Assembly: GCA_002633005.1 (NCBI GenBank)
Contig: NMRA01000078.1
Coordinates: 801,565 to 865,564 of the forward strand
Direction: 5' to 3'
DNA from: Phoronis australis
Lineage: Eukaryota; Animalia; Phoronida
DNA length: 64,000 bases
Part shown: piece after piece, positions 12,101 through 25,469 of the stretch
Layout of the letters: every line of letters starts with the position of its first letter
Numbering within the stretch: the first letter of the stretch is position 1
Position numbers and translations under genes: made by a program
The notes under the pieces: model-generated
The model's database searches: none
What the model saw: only the letters and a program-made list of their open reading frames with translations
What the model was told of the DNA's origin: nothing

Positions 12101-15100
12101 ACAAGCTGCCATTGACCTAGTGTTCTCACATTTTGACTGACCAGCGCCACGATCACTCACCACTACTCTGAGCGTTAAGTGGAAATTTTTAAGACTCGGT
12201 TTGTGAGAATCTAGTTTGACTTTGGTTTGCAGACGGCTTAACAGCAGGAAGCAAAGGTCAGTCTCACAATACTCACCCTCTTATACTGCAGCCCAGCCAA
12301 CCATCAGGGTCAGCTTTCACAGACACCACCTTCTGGGCTGGGGTAGGTTCTCTTTCATCGGCTCCAGCGCTAAGGGCTACAAGAAATATGAAAAAATAAA
12401 ATCTATTTATTCGCACACTAAATCACTGAGGTACGGTAGTAGAGTCTAACCATGTATTTGATACTGGTGAGAAAATTAGAGTGTTTGAACATGGCCAACT
12501 ATCTTTGGATGGATGACCTAGTCATGAAAATGGTGTCAACTGGACACGCTCCAAGAACAGAGTGAGTAGACACTAAAAGCAAGTTTTATGTGAGATGTTA
12601 CGAGCTTGTGAAATTCTTGCTTAGTAATAAGTGAATCAGTGCCCAAATGCACTCAAGGTTCCATTTGAGAGAATTAGTATGGTTATAACAGGTTCCCCCA
12701 AACCACGAATGAAGATTGCACACATCAATTTTAATTAATGAACTTCAACGATGCTTCACTTTTTCATTTTTGTGCATTGACGTTATGCAGGACCTGATTG
12801 AGAAGTCTGAGTGAACATTTAGCCAAATATCTAGAAAACTATAGAATTTAACTCAGTAAAAGTGCACATTTTCCGAAAGCAGACATTCTGTATAATTTGA
12901 TTTGTTCACTTTAAACCCATCTGCCATTAGTAAGCTCGGGTGACCACGGATTTTAGTAAAATTTTTGAAAGGAAAGGTACACTCATAGCAAAACACCAGG
13001 AGCAATAGCAAGACTAAATACCACAAAGAATTAAATATTCATGATAAAACCTCAAAAATGACATTACAGTTTTCAAAATTATCTTTCATTTTCATTTAAG
13101 GCAACAATCTTTTTACAAAAATCATACAAATCCTATTTTGGTACTCCCTCATACAAAAGTGAAATATTTTAAAAACAAGCCGTAACAAAATTTTGGAGAC
13201 CGGAGCACAAAGCATAATATCTGAAAGTTTCAAGTAAATCCATTCGGCCACTTCTGAGATATGATGTTACGAATTGGCCGAAATTCAACGTTTTTCTAGG
13301 ATACCACGTCATAACCTTAAGTTGATAGCACTGATATTTAATAGTAAAAACAAGACTTTTAATACAGAAAAGCGTGCATGGTCTGAGAGAATCAGGAAAT
13401 TCGTGGATGGAGAAATGGTTTGTGTGCTCAGTTGAAGAGCAATGGTGTACCTGGCATGCGGTGACTCAGATCTGAGGTGACGTATAAGACCATGGTCTGG
13501 AGATCTCTAATCAGGCAGGCTGCCTGCGAGTGTGAGGTGTCTTTCAACGCCACGTCGTTAACCTTGAGGATACGGTCTCCAACACGAAGACCCTGAAACA
13601 ATGCAGAATGGTTGACATAACAGACCAGTTTCATTCAGTGACAAGTACAATTCTACGAAATCAATTCATTTCTATTCTTAATGTCACATCACTCTTCAGT
13701 ACCCAGTTCTGTCACACCACTCATCAGCAGCTCTTCTGGGGCCAGGAATCTGCTTCACGAAATGTGAAGACATCTATTGGTCTCACGCTCTCATTTTACA
13801 ATTGCTGAATAAAGGTTTAGCCAAACAAAACAATGGAAGCATAGGTCCAGAAAAAAATTCAGAAAATCCCTCAGTAACTATAGCTGTTACATGCATATTC
13901 TCAGACATTGCACTTTTGCTCAAGTGAGAGTTAATTATAAATTTCTGTCTTAAGTCTTGAGTCCTTTTTCATGTAACAGACCCCATGTCTCAGTTAAGAG
14001 GGTCGTAATTTCCGTTTTAAGTTACACGCAATGATAATAAGATTGCACACGAAAAATGACTTTGCACCAGTTGAAATATTTCACTGAGATAAATGACAGT
14101 GTGTCCCTGTTCATTCATAACATGTCCATGAGTATATTTAGGGAGTATACAACCTTTGATAAAACAGGTCATGCTATTTTGGTAATAGTTGAGTTAGAGC
14201 AAGTGTCCCAGATTCTGAGAAAAAGTTTGATTCAGGACTGCTATTCGCTGCAGAAAATCAGGTCTCAAAAATGTAACTTGTGACTATCAGCGGTATTTAT
14301 TTTTACCAATTTGCATGGTCAGATTTTGAAACACGTTCAGTGGAAATTAACCGATTGGAGAAATAATGAACAGGCCAACATGCCTGCTAGCAAGAGCCAG
14401 CCTGTTGTGGAATATATTGAGATTAAAATCAATATACAGTGATTAAAAAGCCAAACAAAGAGATAGACAGAACGATTAGGGCAACACCCAAACAGATCAA
14501 TAAGGAATAATGATGGAAAGGAAAAGAATCCAAAAGGTGTAACTCAGTTTTTCCCACCAATGCCTGAGAATTTGTTTTCAAATAAAACAAAGTTAATTGA
14601 AAAATAAACATTTGAATTGAATTGAAAAGTAAACGTCTAAATCCTGCCAGAATTAGTACAAACATCCGGTCAATTAGGAGACTGTTTTGTACAGCTAATC
14701 CCTATTGAAGTGTACACTCAGAGATTTAATTAAGTTAGATAATGGATGTATGTATTGTTACAGTACACAACATGTGAGTAGCAGATGTTTAATGAGCAGC
14801 AAGCTGTCATCTGCTACAGTAACACCACTCTGGAAAAGTGCCATGACAAGGGGGCACTTGGAAGTCACCTAAGTGGATAATAAGAACCAGGCAGTTGTAA
14901 TGCAAATCAAATAACTTCTTTGTGAATCCGCTCAAAATTTTGAGCCTCACTAACGACAGAAATGTATAGAAGTCTACTTTGTAATGATACGGCTTAATTA
15001 ATTACACAATTAATTCACTGAATTATTGAAATGCAATTAAAAATGAAAAAGTCTCTATATTCTAAAAAATTAATTGAAAAGTGGGAAAAAATTGGGATAA

Positions 15101-18100
15101 CATTTGATAATTCTGATTGTGTATATTTCCAAAATTAAAGTCATGCACGGCTGTCACATATTCATTAGCAATTGCAATTACATGGAAACACAGTAAAATG
15201 TCAACAATTAAATTAGGACTCACAAAATAGTGCACATGTGATTTTACATTTCATTTTTCGTTAAAGACCAGTTATGGACAACAAATAATAATGCTTTAAC
15301 TTTATCATGAACAAAGTGTAAGAGTATCCTTTAGCTAACGAAATGTTTTTAGAAATTGGGGGAATGCACAACAAAGTCAGATCAAAACTGAAAAAAGTGA
15401 TTTTGACAATTATTTCTGTCCAAAATTGTTGCGATTTCACTATAGTAACAATGGAACAGCCAGCTTCAGTGATAATAATCAACGGACGACCGAGCATTTC
15501 ACTTGAACACATGTTACGGTAATAATTACGCATAATAGTCAAATCAAGGTATTGAGTGATCAGCACACGTTGTCATTAGCCAGACTGGATGTTCCCATGT
15601 CATATCAATAATACAGAACTGACTTAATTATCGCCACACATGTGCTGTTAAAGCCAATTGATTTACCAACATCTGGCTCACTAGCACTAGTAAGTTCCGT
15701 CCACACACAGCCTACCCTAGTACAACTTGCACTATTTAAGTCCCGTTCACACACAGCCTACCCTAGTACAACTTGCACTATTTAAGTCCCGTCCACACAC
15801 AGTCTATCCTAGAACAACTTGCACTATTTAAGTCTCGTTCACACACAGTCTACCCTAGAGCAACTTGCACTGGTAAAGTCCCGTCCACACACAGCCTACC
15901 CTAGAACAACTTGCACTAGTAAAGTCTCGTCCACACACAGCCTACCCTAGAACAACTTGCACTAGCAAAGTCTCGTCCACACATAGCCTACGCTAGAACA
16001 ACTTGCAAGTTAGTAAAGTCCTGTTCACACACAGCCTACCCTTGAGGACAACTTGCACAAGTAAGTCCCGTCCACACAAAGTTTACCCTAGGACAACTTG
16101 CACTAGTGTAACTTAACCCAAGTGGACTGTCAACACACACGCACGCACGCACGCACGTATATACACGCACACACACGCATACACACACACATATCCGATA
16201 ACTAAGGTAAAGCGGAAGTTGTTATGTGCGTGGCAATGAAAGCCTAATGCAAGCATGGTGTGCAAAAGAAAACTCGTCTGCGTGTAACCACATGGACGCA
16301 CCCAGGGGGCGAATTGGGCAAAAAGGTCCGCCTCAGTGAAACAAAAAGTCCGAGTAAACGAGACAAAAGTCCATAAAGTCCACAGGAATTCGTTGCAGAT
16401 GCACAATTGGCAAGCCTGAACCTAGTGGCCCAGTTTTTGTTTTTTTAGTCCTCGTTGATTATTTTCAGTAAAAAAGTACGCAGACCGAAGAATTCGAGGC
16501 CCCCCTATATTTTAGGCTGGGTGCGGGCATGAAGCATAGCTGATAATTACTTCTGCCGTACCCTACTTTTGCAGACATACAGCCATTACAAGTGGCGCAG
16601 GTTACCCTAGAACAACTTAACCCACCACGATAATGTGGAGTAGGCTAAGATGTCACTAGTGGGGTAAGTTGCACTAGTTTAAATAGCGTCCAGACAGTCC
16701 TCAAACCTAGCGACAACTCGTTCCAGGAGTGACTTATTCTAGAGTAACTTCTATGTGTGTATATCACTTAAGATATCTAGGTTAAATTGCACACAGGGTG
16801 CAAGGAAGGAAAGAAAAAGGCATACAAAAGTGTTAAAAATATTTAGGGAGTTTTTTCAAAGTAAGCCCACAGGCCTGTATTCGAAAAGTGGTAAATTATC
16901 CACTTATTCACCTTGAATATAGTCCAGGGCTGAGTTGCATAAAGCTTCAAAAGTTATCCGCTGGATAAGTTTGATTGTTGCATGACGTCAGGTGCATTGT
17001 TCAACAATAACAACGTGATGCGTGATAATGCTACGTCATTGTTGCTAAACGGTGTATAACTTTTATGCAACTGGGCCCAGGTGTACTTTTGGACATATTG
17101 GGACTATACCTGGGGACATCCACTTAGACTAAGATCCAGAGTCTGTAGCTACCATGAGAGTTTTCATTACATCTAATTAAATTTGTTTTGTAGATAAGCC
17201 ACAAAATGCACCCATATATCCTATTCCACTGTTTTTGCTTGACACCTGCTTTGAGACTTCCCATTTTGGAAAACCAAGAAACAGAAGACTCCAAACGTAG
17301 GCTTATGTATAATATTCTCCTACGGGCCTATATTTGGGGACCTGTTGGCGTTGGCGAAAATTTCTGGTGGAAATTTTTAAAAATCTGCCGAGCTAATTTG
17401 ACCAAGCTAGACCACAGGAGTCCTGCTGATTTAATCATGTTGAATTTTCTTCAAGGAGAACTTGACTGAATAACTTTTCTAATGCATTTATTGAGCATTT
17501 CCATAGCCTACACATTCGAGTCGGGCACTACTAGTGGCCAGCTCAGTCACAGAACATTGATTTTAATTGATTTTTTTATTTCCTTAAACACAAAGTAGTT
17601 ATGCTCTTGCACATTTAACCTAACTACACCTGGTAAGTGTTAAAAGCTTGAACACTTCTCTATTATTTACAAACCATAATATTTGTTCAATTAACTGGCA
17701 GCTCATTGGGTGTAGTATATTCAGTACTTTCAGTAAATTACTTCAGTCATAACAGGCATTTGTACACTCAGTTCAAATCAAAACAAAAGCTACTGGTCAT
17801 AACAGTGACTTGCAATTAACCCAGAACGCCAGTGATGCTTCTCTGTGAAAAGAGCTATAGGCCTTTCCCACTGTGATTTCAGATGGTTCATACTAACATA
17901 ATTGCCCTACTGTAGTTTAAATAAAAGGTGGAAGATCATTTACAGTTAATATGGTCTGAGAATATAAATCACAGTAATCTAGGAATGTTCCAATAATTTG
18001 TTTCACGCTAAATTATATGAGAAAAGGGCTTTAGTCTTAACCTAATTCTGTACCTATACTCACACCACAAGACTCGTTTCGAAACCTAGAATTTACCACT

Positions 18101-20257
18101 GAAAATGAATGTAAGGACAAACAGGTTTACACACGAAAAGTAAGATAATTCTTCATTTATTTTGCATTAAAATAACTTAATAACTTTCAAAAGCTTTATC
18201 AAAATGTTGCTTTTGCCACCTAAATAGTATAAAAAATAATAACAGACAAGAATATTCTTATATTCTTTACTTTTACTATCAAAATTTGACAAAATGAAAT
18301 TTCCCCCGTCCGCCATATTGTGTGCTAAATAGGAGAAAAACTAACTGAGCAGTGAGCACTTTTTCCAAAAAATCAAAAATATTAATTATTAAGAAATAAT
18401 CAAATAAATAATCTCTTTAACGTCTGGCATTCACTCAATATCAACTGAAAGCATTCCCTCTGGTGTCATTAACATTCAATAATTACAATCTTCCAGAACA
18501 AACAAAGATTAACAAGATAGATGGATGAATATTTCATGATCAAGTCAATATACCGTCGATTCCATTTTTACAAATAGTTACATGCTCCTCCATTTGGTGA
18601 TAAAACACAAAAATATAACATGTTTTCCTCCTTGATCAGTAAGAACAAAATCCAATCCACAGCTCAATAACGGTAACAATCTCAATGGAGAATAACTCGT
18701 ATCCACGCAAAGCTTAATAATGCATTGTTCGAATAAATTTGTGTGACTTAACACTTGAACGGTCCGGTTCGTTAACACACCTCATTCCAGCATTGCAAGT
18801 CATACAAGCAACAGGTAGACAGAGTTGCAGGTAAATACCACAGAAATTGGTCCAGAGGCACTGGTAGGTACCATAAAATCCACCAACATAGGACAAAATA
18901 TGACTGACAAGTGATTTTTTTCTCACTTCTGAAGTAAAAGATAAGAAGCACAAAATTAATTAATGCTTCCGCGCTCTGCTCAGTGGCTACCTTAAGACTA
19001 AATTTACTTAATTTGCAGCTCCAATAACAGCAGTGACAGGAAAAAGGACAATTTTGTATTTCAGGATATGAACCATTGTATCTCTTGCCTCCAAGCATTC
19101 AACCATGACTTGAGAACTGGATAGGGATAGAATGGTGTGACAAGATTTTCCTCTTGAAAATATTACAATTTTATTTTATGAAAAATGCATTCTGCACCAT
19201 CACCAAAAAGTAGGCTTACCTGAACATCTGCTTGGCTTCCAACATCCACATCAGACACAAATATTCCAGTCCTGGTGTTACCACGGATACTGAAACCCAA
19301 ACTGACCCCGTCTTGCCTGGCTAACTCCACCTTCCGTATCCTCCGCCGCCGCCTTCGCTCCCGTCCCCCTAGTCGGGGGACTCTGGTCTCAGGAGGGTGT
19401 TCCCCCGAATGTTGTGAGCCTTCTGTATCCCTGTGCGACCCAGCACTACCCTCACTTAAACTCCGCGGGGCCTCAACACGTTTCGGTTCCATCTCTTGCA
19501 CAACTCGGCTGACAATCATGTCCGTCTCTCCTCTGTGAAGCAGTACTGGTTGATTTGAACGTGGTTCACTACGACTTGACCGTGGTTCACTGCCAGACCT
19601 TTTCATCTCATTGTTTTTACATATTCCCTGATTGTCATTCCCCATCTGCTCCTGAGCAAGGTGCTTTATTAATTCATGATTGTTTCTCTCCAGAGTTTTA
19701 CCTGCTTTAGTATTGGGTAACGTCTGGGCGTGGTTTGATGTCACAGGGTGTGTTGAGCCGTGAACAGGCAGTGTCTGATATTTTCCAGTATAACCAGTTG
19801 TAATGTCAGTGGGCGGAGCCACCTCATCCAGACGTATATCATTCATGTTGTGGGTGTGGAAATCCTTCATTTTGTGTTCCTTCACAAGTAGTTTCTTTTG
19901 GCTAGGACTAGACACAATTTGGACAGAGCCTGATGTATTTTGTGCAATTACCTCTGAAGGGCTTTCACTTCGAAAGGCGGGGTTACTGGACATCAGCACA
20001 TGACGATAGCCATCGAAATGCAAGGCACAAAGCTTGTTGAAGTCATCTTTCAGGCGGCTGGGCATGATGTAACTGATTTCAACCAACAGTAACATGCGCT
20101 CCGTTGTGTTGATGACAGGTTTCAAGCTGGTGATGAGAGCTGGGACAGATGTGTGTTGACGGAACTCTTTAATGGAAGTCTTCAGCACGCTGCACTCGGC
20201 TGGGCTCAATAACTGATGAGCCAAAGTGCGAATCACTGAGCCCCCTCTACGGTCCAT
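2450..20257 (-). CDS. Harmonin/whirlin-family (USH1C/WHRN/PDZD7-like) scaffold: harmonin-N domain, PDZ1, PDZ2, Pro-rich tail; ~791 aa, gene span
   Basis: Manual splice model: 20257-19220, 13592-13451, 12376-12277, 11432-11336 (copy 9073-8977), 10338-10248 (copy 8025-7935), 7026-6949, 5058-4962 (copy 3798-3702), 3182-2450 (partial copy from 4441). All junctions are GT-AG with phases 0,1,2,0,1,1,2. The N-terminus MDRR..LKPVINTTERMLL resembles harmonin-N. PDZ motifs: SLGFSIRG..GIFVSDV..GLRVGDRILKVN and WLGCSIRGG..GLRKGDIILQMNG. Confidence 0.85.
3909..4441 (-). CDS. Duplicate partial copy of the last exon, truncated by an N-gap
   Basis: Near-identical to 2650-3182; ORF 3799..4563. Confidence 0.55.
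4962..5058 (-). CDS. Harmonin-like gene, Pro/Ser-rich exon (second copy at 3702-3798)
   Basis: ttctag|VARHNSSPSRPQVAPPTPPSSPLRWMRTEDLQ|gtaagt; phase 1 to 2. Confidence 0.8.
6949..7026 (-). CDS. Harmonin-like gene, probable symmetric 78-nt exon
   Basis: cattttcag|..VSRKSQKARSLAHLADGQSTGRQRRP G|gtattg; phase 1-1 and open in the correct frame. Confidence 0.6.
7527..7577 (+). repeat. (GA)n/(GGGA)n microsatellite
   Basis: agagagagagggagggagggag...gagagaga. Confidence 0.9.
7935..8025 (-). CDS. Duplicate (probably allelic) copy of the PDZ2 end exon
   Basis: Same as 10248-10338 except one L-to-M change (CTG/ATG). Confidence 0.6.
8977..9073 (-). CDS. Duplicate (probably allelic) copy of the PDZ2 core exon
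   Basis: Same peptide as 11336-11432 within a duplicated block. Confidence 0.6.
9685..9977. mobile_element. Right half of the same MITE family, running into a gap
   Basis: Highly similar to 31487-31786; ends in ATTCCAAGCCCTG. Confidence 0.8.
10248..10338 (-). CDS. Harmonin-like gene exon, end of PDZ2 (copy A)
   Basis: tttcag|MNGVDVAGLTHMEVVTLATSTPDLELLIKP G|gtgagc. Confidence 0.85.
11336..11432 (-). CDS. Harmonin-like gene exon, PDZ2 core (copy A)
   Basis: ttccag|..GVDYRLGVVISNVDPMSPAQRAGLRKGDIILQ|gtgaat. Confidence 0.85.
12277..12376 (-). CDS. Harmonin-like gene exon, start of PDZ2
   Basis: ttgtag|...KVVSVKADPDGWLGCSIRG|gtgagt; phase 1 to 2, missing from the ORF track. Confidence 0.85.
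13451..13592 (-). CDS. Harmonin-like gene exon, second half of PDZ1
   Basis: tttcag|GGT; GLRVGDRILKVNDVALKDTSHSQAACLIRDL; donor G|gtacac. Confidence 0.9.
15680..16107 (+). repeat. 46-bp minisatellite (~9 copies), followed by a (CA)/(CGCA) microsatellite at 16131-16190
   Basis: Unit CCGTCCACACACAGCCTACCCTAGAACAACTTGCACTATTTAAGTC. Confidence 0.95.
16291..16531. mobile_element. MITE with 15-bp imperfect TIR; related copy at ~24255-24460
   Basis: CATGGACGCACCCAG / CTGGGTGCGGGCATG; both copies share TGGGCAAAAAGGTCCGCC and TTTTAGGCTGGGTGC. Confidence 0.55.
16924..17081. mobile_element. Short MITE-like element
   Basis: Ends CCAGGGCTGAGTTGCATAAA / TTTATGCAACTGGGCCCAGG. Confidence 0.5.
19220..20257 (-). 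CDS. Harmonin-like gene, first coding exon (harmonin-N domain, linker, first half of PDZ1)
   Basis: ttccag|ATG at 20257, 346 open codons, donor CAG|gtaagc at 19220/19219; ORF track 19163..20266. Confidence 0.9.
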
Positions 20258-22397
20258 CTGGAACACAGTGCTTGGCTATGAGGAACAACTTTGAGCACAG
20301 CACATATTAAAGCATTCAACACCAACCAACATCACTCAAACAAAAATGAGAAATAGAAATCACCAGTTTCATACCTACGACATGTAAGTATACTGTTAAA
20401 AATTTTCTAGTACTAATTTGCAATAAAGTACACTGAAAAAATAATTACTTTGGTCAAGGTCGGAGCTTGTACCAATTTTTAGAAAATGTCAATGCCGGCC
20501 GACCCAAAAATGACCTTAAATTGTTTCAGACCCTATTGATAAAAAGAGCTGCGTTTAAAATTTGGGAAATAAGACGAATGCCAAAATCGCGCATGTCCCA
20601 GTTTTCAGAATCAAGAAAATTCAATCTCTGATGGAATATCAGAGACCCAAATTTTAGGTCAGCCACAGAAAAATTCAAAATTGGAGAATTTTTACGGATA
20701 TCTGTGCCTGTCAGTTAAAAACGACGGCCATTGGTTCTGACCTTCATATGACGCTCTAAGGTAGTATGGCCTCTTGTTATAAATACAGGTGGCAGTATAA
20801 TCTGAAGATCCTCAGGAATACTCTTTCCAACAAAACTAATGTTGGCATCCTTCACCAACTTGTGCTGTTTTCTGACAAGAGCCGCGTAAATTAAAAATGC
20901 AACAATATCACGCAGACTCTCCACAGCCACACACATGTTAAGTCGATCTACACAACTACACCACTTAAGATAGCCAATAGCAAGCTAATTAATTGATCCT
21001 GGATATCAGTGTAAACTTGGCACATTTTCAGTAAAATGCTACAAATTATGAAAACATCTTTGCTTATTTTTTCTTTTCTTTTCTTATTCTTTTGCATGTC
21101 GTTCTTTCCTGTGTGTATCTTAATAAATGACAAACAAATAGTTTTAGAGTTAACCATAACACAAAAAATGAGTCTCGGTTGTCATAAGGAACTCAAGAGA
21201 AAAAACAATTTTATGAAGAGGATTGACGTTTTTATCATGAACAGGAAGTCATACTGAGGACACAGCTCTAGAACAGCAGGGACTTGTTTCTCGAAGAGTC
21301 TATTGGCTTTCTAAAATAGGAACACATGTTTTATTATGATACTTGGAATAGTTTGGCCGAAAGAGAGGCAGACGTCAAAAAACAGACACAAAAATAAAAA
21401 GAAGGCCACTCAAATTTGTCGAATCCGTCCGAAAATGGAAAAGTGTAATCAAATCATAAACAGATGCTTATTTGCCAAGTTTCATGAAAACCATGCAAGA
21501 GCTCCGAAGAACATATAAAACATGAATAAAACTGCCACAAGGTGGCACAATATTAGAACAGTACCAAAGTCCTCATCATCTACTCTTACATTTCAAGAAA
21601 TTCATCTGTAAAATTTAAAAATTTAATATAGGCCTAGAGTTTTTTGTTGGATAGAAAAAAAAAACAGTCTCGAAACATGTTGAAACTATCACAACATGGG
21701 CCCATGGGGAGGTTAGCCTACTGTAACTGCCAAAAAACAGACTTGAAAAAATTGAAAAAAGTAAAAATAGTCACTGACTGGCGCAGAATATGTCGAACTC
21801 GTCTGAAAGCGAGAAGGCAGCATTGTCTTGCTCATCATTTCTCAAATTTCAAGAAATTTCTTCAAAGAACTCAGAAGTCTACAAAGGTGGACAACTAAGA
21901 TTGCCATTATGCTAGTACTAGTAGCCTATACGTTGTAACAGTCGAATCTGTCCGCAAATGCCTTGCCCTCCATGGTAGGAAAATGTCTGATAAATTTCAC
22001 TAACTTCCACCACTATGGTGAGGCCAGTCAGACTAGCTAGGGCTAATGCCGCTAATACGACGTTGCTTAGGATTCATTGTGGAAGTTAAGCAGATAACGC
22101 CGCAAATCATGACGCCCGGCATAATGGGTGTGGGTGCATAATTAAGACCTGAAATCGTCCGAACAAAAAACAGTGGCAACCTGACCAAACAAATGGATAG
22201 CGGTAACCCGGGAACAGGTAGGGTAGGGAATGACAGATGACACAGACAGTGCACAAAATGACTCGGTGACTAACCACTGTAACAGGTGATTCACCTGACG
22301 ACTTGGCAACTGTGCCCCGGGAACTGTGCCAACTAACGTTCCACTCCCGTGTCAGATCCTTGTTAGCTAAATCACACTGGTTCCTTTGTATACTCAC

Positions 22398-22999
22398 CGT
22401 CAGAAATTATGCGTGCTGGACAGATACTCCGTATGTCGTCTTTTTTACACGGAAATTCGTGTTACACACATTAAAGCCATTTAAATCGACAACTGTTTCA
22501 CATACGGGATATTTTGAATCTTTGTATTCACGCCAAATGTAAGATGTCTTGTGATTGGCTAATTCTTTTACAGGTAGAAAGGTCACGTGATTTGATTGTG
22601 GCGAGCCAGTTGTGGTCAAGTTGGCATGTGCACTTTCTGCGCCAATTTGAAATTCAGAGACCAGCAATTAAAACGGGGTCGGCCTCGCGATTTGCGAACA
22701 TCGTCTTTCAAATTCTGCGGCTATCCCCTTCTCCGGCTGAAGTCATCATAGATCAGGCATTGTGCCGCAGTTGTACTGTAAACGTTTTTCAAGTTGTTTT
22801 GTATTTTGCCTTTGTAGCCTACCCGGCGATATGAAATAAACATTTTACTAATTACTGAACGTGCGCACTGAGTCCACGGCCGTTCCGCGGTTCCCGGAGA
22901 AGCTCCGTTCAAGTGCAAGCACCCGTCCGCAGAAAAATGTTCTTCGTTCTTCCTGTTGTTGGAGACACAGTGGCCGCGGATCTAGGATACCGGGCCACT
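22398..22999 (-). promoter_or_regulatory. Putative promoter and non-coding first exon of the harmonin-like gene
   Basis: CpG-richer segment with a minus-strand CCAAT box (gattggct near 22553) and TCACGTGA (22583-22590). Strong minus-strand donor acg|gtgagt at 22398/22397 with an in-frame TAA just upstream. The ATG at 20257 directly follows an acceptor, so an upstream UTR exon is expected. Confidence 0.45.
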
Positions 23000-25221
23000 N
23001 NNNNNNNNNNNNNNNNNNNNNNNNNNNNNNNNNNNNNNNNNNNNNNNNNNNNNNNNNNNNNNNNNNNNNNNNNNNNNNNNNNNNNNNNNNNNNNNNNNNN
23101 NNNNNNNNNNNNNNNNNNNNNNNNNNNNNNNNNNNNNNNNNNNNNNNNNNNNNNNNNNNNNNNNNNNNNNNNNNNNNNNNNNNNNNNNNNNNNNNNNNNN
23201 NNNNNNNNNNNNNNNNNNNNNNNNNNNNNNNNNNNNNNNNNNNNNNNNNNNNNNNNNNNNNNNNNNNNNNNNNNNNNNNNNNNNNNNNNNNNNNNNNNNN
23301 NNNNNNNNNNNNNNNNNNNNNNNNNNNNNNNNNNNNNNNNNNNNNNNNNNNNNNNNNNNNNNNNNNNNNNNNNNNNNNNNNNNNNNNNNNNNNNNNNNNN
23401 NNNNNNNNNNNNNNNNNNNNNNNNNNNNNNNNNNNNNNNNNNNNNNNNNNNNNNNNNNNNNNNNNNNNNNNNNNNNNGGTCACCTAATATTGAGATCTCG
23501 ATCACCAGTTTTGCGTTTTGACCACTTCAACGGCAAACCGTCGGTGAAGCTTTAGCAAAAATAATAATGTTTTAGTTTGAGCGACATTCACTTCCTCCGC
23601 TCCGTACAACCGAAGTATAAAACTGAACAAGTGATCATTTTGCACGTCACGTAGTAGACTACGTTTACAAAATGGTCATATGGCTTTTGGAGACTCCTTT
23701 GTCAACGGATGTCTCGAGTGAAGGATTTGAATATTACACTGAATTTATTATCTGCACATGTGAATATCTCCTACAGTGCCACAGGTTAGGCGAAAACAAG
23801 GCGTATTTTTTACGGCATGACCAGAGTTTCAGACGTCACGTTTTAAAAGAGTGAAATGACTAAGATTTAACAAAACCAACGGTAAAAGAGCCGTTACCGA
23901 GTTTGTAAAACACATTAGATCCCCTCTTATTCTGAACTTGAGAAGGTCGAATACGACCGAAACCTCTGAGGATCTTTAGTTTTTTCAACAAACTCGTCTT
24001 TTACATTTTTTATTTAAAAATGACATGCTAAACATGACTACTCTCATTCCCAAAGTTTCACTATGCGCCATGAGGTTATGAAACGATGGATGGGACAGGA
24101 CATCTCCCTAACTCGACTGCGCACGAGTTTAGACTTTTTTAAAAGTCAGATGCGTGACATTGCACACGCTACCTACAACTTTCAATCAAACTTCGAAAAG
24201 GCGCCGCTGGGCGGGTCTGCGAGTGCTTTGTTATGGCTCAAGGTCCAATGAACCCCCCAATTTGGCGAAGTGGGCAAAAAGGTCCGCCCCGGAGAAACAA
24301 AAACAGACAGCGAAAAAACGAGATAAATTCCACTAAAAAGTCAAGAACAACCAAAATTCGGCGAATGCACAACTCATAGCTCTGAACGTCCCAGTGAAGC
24401 TTGGTTAAAGATCCACAATCTCAAAAATCGAGCCCCCACTTTTAGGCTGGGTGCACGCATATGTATTAAACCATTCTCGCTACATGCGACGTGCTTGGCA
24501 AAATCCAGATATGCACAGAACGAAAATGGACTGATGCCAATTTTGCATTTCTTGAAGGGGACCTTATTATTATCTCATACACTGCACAACTTGTGCAGGA
24601 AAAACAACACATAAATCACAGAGCCCAAGAAAATGAAAAGGACTAACACTAACGTTTTTGGACAGTTGGCCATAGGAACACTGGTATTTGGGAGTGCAAT
24701 GTGAACTCATTTCTAAATCAAACTGGATTAAAACCGAAAATTAGAATATTTAACCTGTGCACACAAAAATCTTGGTAAACAGCAATTTTTACTCCAATAT
24801 TTCAAAACTTCTGCAGGTAACATGAACACCAACATTGGCTTTCAATAAATAATATATTCTGAGTAAAAATAAGTCATACAATTACCTTTAATTACAAAAT
24901 AATTGACAATCGATGGCTCAACAACACATAACTTTGACAACAATGTTGATCCCATATACAGTTAATGGACACACATCAGTAAGTTTATCCACAAGACCAC
25001 ATATACCTCAAAAGCAGACACCAATAATTATATAGTGGATAACTTCAGGCAGAAACTACTTTTACACACCAGTGAATAATACGAATAGGCATGTCACAGT
25101 TTGTTTTGAGACTTCATATCCAGTCCAGGAATCTTCAAGTTAGGAAATCCACTTTCATTTTACTACTTAAAATGTAAAATCCTTGTTAGCAGAACACACA
25201 AGAGGCGTCTCCAACGTTTCC

Positions 25222-25469
25222 CAGGACTTGGAATGAACAATGACAAAAAGAGGAACATTTTCTAGGTGATGTATGTTCCTCAAATAAATAGGCTTGTGTG
25301 AATGCAATATTTTTTGTGTTGCAAAATTTAAGTGAAATAAACGTTTTTGCATGAATAAAGCCAAAATAATGACAAAAAAGACGAAAAAAGAAGAAACTGG
25401 AAATCAAATAAGAAAGAATTCAAACCAAAAAGAGGAAATCCTTCTAAAAGAGGAAAATTCCAAGCCCTG
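25222..25469. mobile_element. Older, shorter member of the CAGGGCTTGGAAT MITE family
   Basis: CAGGACTTGGAATGAACAATGACAAAAA...GGAAAATTCCAAGCCCTG. Confidence 0.65.

Noticed and set aside
15680-16107. Regularly spaced repeats resembling a CRISPR array (also 39097-39317 and 922-1236)
   Set aside because: Units are head-to-tail with no unique spacers, there are no cas genes, and the context is eukaryotic; these are minisatellites
22848-23521. Long ORFs of about 200 aa
   Set aside because: Artefacts of translating through an N-gap (the same applies to ORFs at 920-1301 and 9459-9938)
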